Below are positions 17,479 to 20,000 of a DNA stretch of 20,000 nt, piece by piece. A program made the translations under genes and the position numbers. Location: the sequence record DRR378314_409; one strand, given 5' to 3'. Each line of letters starts with the position of its first letter. Positions within the stretch are counted from its first letter, which is position 1. Below the pieces are notes generated by a model. The model saw only the letters and a list, made by a program, of their open reading frames with translations, searched no databases and had not been told where the DNA came from.

Positions 17479-18332
17479 TCGAAGTGTTTGATGAGGATTT
17501 GCATGCAGGTGTGAATCTTGCTCTTGAGGTTGGTGAAATTTTATATCGGGAAAAGACCGAGCATCAGGACCTGATGATTTTTGAGAACAATCGGTTTGGC
17601 CGCGTTATGTCCTTGGATGGAGCAGTTCAAACTACGGAACATGATGAGTTCATCTATCATGAGATGTTTGCTCATGTGCCGATCCTTGCCCATGGCTCAG
17701 TCGAGCGGGTTTTAATTATCGGCGGCGGCGACGGGGGTGCGGCCTGTCAGGTCCTGAAGCATAAAAATGTGACGGCTACTCTTGTCGATATTGATCGGAC
17801 GGTTATTGATCTTTCCGCTCAATATATGCCAACGGTCAGTGACGGAGCATTTGAAAACCCACGGCTTGAAATTGTTGTAGCCGATGGCTGCAAATTTGTG
17901 AAGGAAACCGACAAGAAGTGGGATGTGATTATCATCGATTCTACGGATCCACATGGCCCGGGGGAGGTTCTTTATTCCAAAGAATTTTATGCCGATTGCA
18001 AGCATTGCCTGACCCATGGTGGTATTATAGTGACGCAAAATGGCGTCCCTTTTGTCCAAGCGGATGAGCTTCGCAATAGTTACGATCGGCTGGGTGAATT
18101 ATTTGCAGATGTCAGTTTTTATATGGCCGCGATCCCAAGCTATGTGGGAGGAGCTTTGGCGTTTGGCTGGGCAACTGATGATCAGTCCCTTCGCAAGGTA
18201 AATCTGGGTAATCTGGCGGAACGATTTCTGACAGCAGAAATCGAAACCGATTATTACAGCCCTGAAATTCATCAGGCCTCGTTTGTGCTGCCTTTTTTCG
18301 TTCAGAAAATCCTCACTAAAGAAAATAACTGA
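17475..18332 (+). CDS. speE: Spermidine synthase (polyamine aminopropyltransferase)
   Basis: FGRVMSLDGAVQTTEHDEFIYHEM, VLIIGGGDGG, VDID, DVIIIDSTDPHGPG and YYSPEIHQASFVLP. The start at ATG 17475 overlaps the speD stop (ATGA). Confidence 0.95.
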   Translation: MIEVFDEDLHAGVNLALEVGEILYREKTEHQDLMIFENNRFGRVMSLDGAVQTTEHDEFIYHEMFAHVPILAHGSVERVLIIGGGDGGAACQVLKHKNVTATLVDIDRTVIDLSAQYMPTVSDGAFENPRLEIVVADGCKFVKETDKKWDVIIIDSTDPHGPGEVLYSKEFYADCKHCLTHGGIIVTQNGVPFVQADELRNSYDRLGELFADVSFYMAAIPSYVGGALAFGWATDDQSLRKVNLGNLAERFLTAEIETDYYSPEIHQASFVLPFFVQKILTKENN

Positions 18333-18335
18333 CGG

Positions 18336-19811
18336 TCAGCACTCAACCACGTTCACGGCAAGCCCACCTTGAGACGTTTCTTTATATTTACTGAGCATGT
18401 CGATCCCGGTTTGGCGCATGGTTTCAATAACCTCGTCCAGTGACACGACATGAGTTCCGTCGCCAGCCAACGCAAGCCGTGCAGCATTTATTGCCTTCAT
18501 CGCTCCCATCGTGTTCCGTTCAATGCAGGGGATTTGAACAAGTCCGCCGATGGGATCGCAAGTGAGGCCAAGATTATGCTCCATCCCGATTTCAGCAGCA
18601 TTTTCGACTTGCTCATTGGTGCCGCCAAGGACTGCGGCTAAAGCTCCCGCCGCCATGGAACAGGCAACTCCTACCTCGCCTTGACAACCAACTTCAGCCG
18701 CTGAAATTGAGGCGCGTTTCTTATAGATCGAACCGATAGCGGCGGCGGTAAGAAGAAAATCGCGCGTTCCCTCTTCAGTTACGCCGGGGCAAAAGCGTTG
18801 GTAATATTTAAGAACCGCCGGAATAACCCCCGCAGCCCCATTTGTTGGAGCCGTTACAACGCGACCGCCGGCGGCATTTTCTTCGTTGACCGCCAGGGCA
18901 TAAAGATTGACCCAATCCAATACAGTCAGTGGGTCACGGGACGCTCGCTCAGGGTTGGCCATTAGCTCCTTGTAAAGAGAAGAGGCGCGCCGCTTCACAT
19001 CCAGCCCCCCTGGTAACACACCATCCGTATCACATCCGCGTTGAATGCAATCGATCATTGCAGTTGAAACACGATCGAGGAATTCATTGGTTTCATTTTC
19101 ACTGCGCCAAGCGGTTTCATTCTCGCGCATAATCTCTGCAATGGTCAGGTTTTTTTCTTTTCCTATTTTCAACAGCTCATCAGCCGATGTGAAAAGGTGA
19201 GGGAGTTGGATGTTGTGGCCCCGGGTTTCAGACCGATCACCTTCATCGTGGGACACTACATAGCCGCCACCGACCGAAAAATAGTCCTTTTCTGCCAGGA
19301 GTTCGCCGGTTTCTGTAAAGGCGTAAAATCGCATGCCGTTCGAATGCTCTTCTAGGATTTGATCCGTTAAAAATAACAGATGATCGTCCTCGAAAAACGG
19401 GATTTCTTTTTCACCGCCCAGGGGAAGTTTGTGATCGGTGCGGATGGCTGCAATTTTTCTGTCGATACTTTCTGGATCAATACTGGAGGGAGCTTCTCCA
19501 CTTAAGCCCAAAAGAATTGCGATATCCGTGCCGTGCCCACGGCCTGTCAGGGCAAGAGAGCCGTATAGCTCTACGATAACTCGGGCGCAATCCTTCATCA
19601 AATCGGATGCGCATAGAAGATCTGCAAAGCGCCGACCTGCGCGCATCGGACCCACCGTATGCGAAGAGGATGGCCCAATACCGATGGTATATAAATCAGT
19701 CACGCTAATATTGACTTCAAGTTGGGAGGTAGGGACCGGTGTCGGGTCCCGAAATTGCCTCGGCACAACCGGAGTTACATTTCCAAGTCCAGTATTTTTC
19801 GGTGTCGTCAT
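18336..19811 (-). CDS. sdaA: L-serine ammonia-lyase, iron-sulfur dependent (single-chain type), with an N-terminal extension
   Basis: [93 protein letters not shown] and [13 protein letters not shown] 19811 follows AGAAGGGA. Confidence 0.96.
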   Translation of the reverse strand: MTTPKNTGLGNVTPVVPRQFRDPTPVPTSQLEVNISVTDLYTIGIGPSSSHTVGPMRAGRRFADLLCASDLMKDCARVIVELYGSLALTGRGHGTDIAILLGLSGEAPSSIDPESIDRKIAAIRTDHKLPLGGEKEIPFFEDDHLLFLTDQILEEHSNGMRFYAFTETGELLAEKDYFSVGGGYVVSHDEGDRSETRGHNIQLPHLFTSADELLKIGKEKNLTIAEIMRENETAWRSENETNEFLDRVSTAMIDCIQRGCDTDGVLPGGLDVKRRASSLYKELMANPERASRDPLTVLDWVNLYALAVNEENAAGGRVVTAPTNGAAGVIPAVLKYYQRFCPGVTEEGTRDFLLTAAAIGSIYKKRASISAAEVGCQGEVGVACSMAAGALAAVLGGTNEQVENAAEIGMEHNLGLTCDPIGGLVQIPCIERNTMGAMKAINAARLALAGDGTHVVSLDEVIETMRQTGIDMLSKYKETSQGGLAVNVVEC

Positions 19812-19860
19812 CAAGGCATCCCTTCTAGCTCCGAGCACAACATGTGCCCGGGTTTTAGAT

Positions 19861-20000
19861 GCCCCCTCTGTCCATGAACCTGAAAGATTACCGGAGTCCC
19901 GGGTACCTCTTCGGTGGAGCTTTTTCACGCAAGCTCTCTCTCCAGAGTCCTGAATTTCTGGCCGTACTTTTGCCTGAGAGTTTCCGGGGCGGTTGCTCCT
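19861..20000 (-). ncRNA. Tandem glycine riboswitch (aptamer I truncated by the window edge; aptamer II complete at about 19866-19947)
   Basis: Minus strand reads AGGAGCAACCGCCCCGGAAACUCUCAGGCAAAAG (3' half of aptamer I), then ACUCUGGAGAGAGAGC...GCUCCACCGAAGAGGUA...AAUCUUUCAGGUUCAUGGACAGAGGGGGC (aptamer II). Aptamer II carries the conserved GGAGA, CCGAAG, CUYUCAGG and GGAC blocks and a CUCUG/CAGAG P1. Confidence 0.92.

Noticed and set aside
17718-17795. SpeE variant residues (GGGDGGAACQV instead of the usual ...LREV; VDID)
   Set aside because: The main substrate-binding motifs (QTTE, YHE, GGGDG, DSTD) are intact, so there is not enough to claim altered specificity.
19812-19928. Extra 39 aa on SdaA from GTG 19928
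   Set aside because: This region is the glycine riboswitch aptamer II and its expression platform, not coding sequence.

Overview
A densely coding bacterial window with mid GC content. Gene families and promoter style suggest an alphaproteobacterium (inference). Left to right: (1) a LysR-associated, probably catabolic cluster with a molybdopterin hydroxylase large subunit (minus strand, runs off the left edge, absent from the ORF track), aspartate dehydrogenase NadX, LysR, 3-hydroxyanthranilate 3,4-dioxygenase, a TRAP transporter (dctPQM-type) and a ThDP enzyme, ending in a rho-independent terminator; (2) a TetR-led operon for a biotin-dependent acyl-CoA carboxylase (beta and alpha subunits) and an acyl-CoA dehydrogenase; (3) a bioY-bioM-bioN biotin ECF transporter; (4) a VOC-family gene; (5) speD-speE; (6) L-serine ammonia-lyase (sdaA) on the minus strand behind a tandem glycine riboswitch that runs off the right edge. 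No mobile elements, CRISPR arrays, tRNA or rRNA were seen. The best candidate for an undescribed system is cluster 1, where two matching LysR boxes link the Mo-hydroxylase/NadX region to the dioxygenase/TRAP unit. This suggests a degradation pathway for an amino-aromatic or N-heteroaromatic carboxylate.
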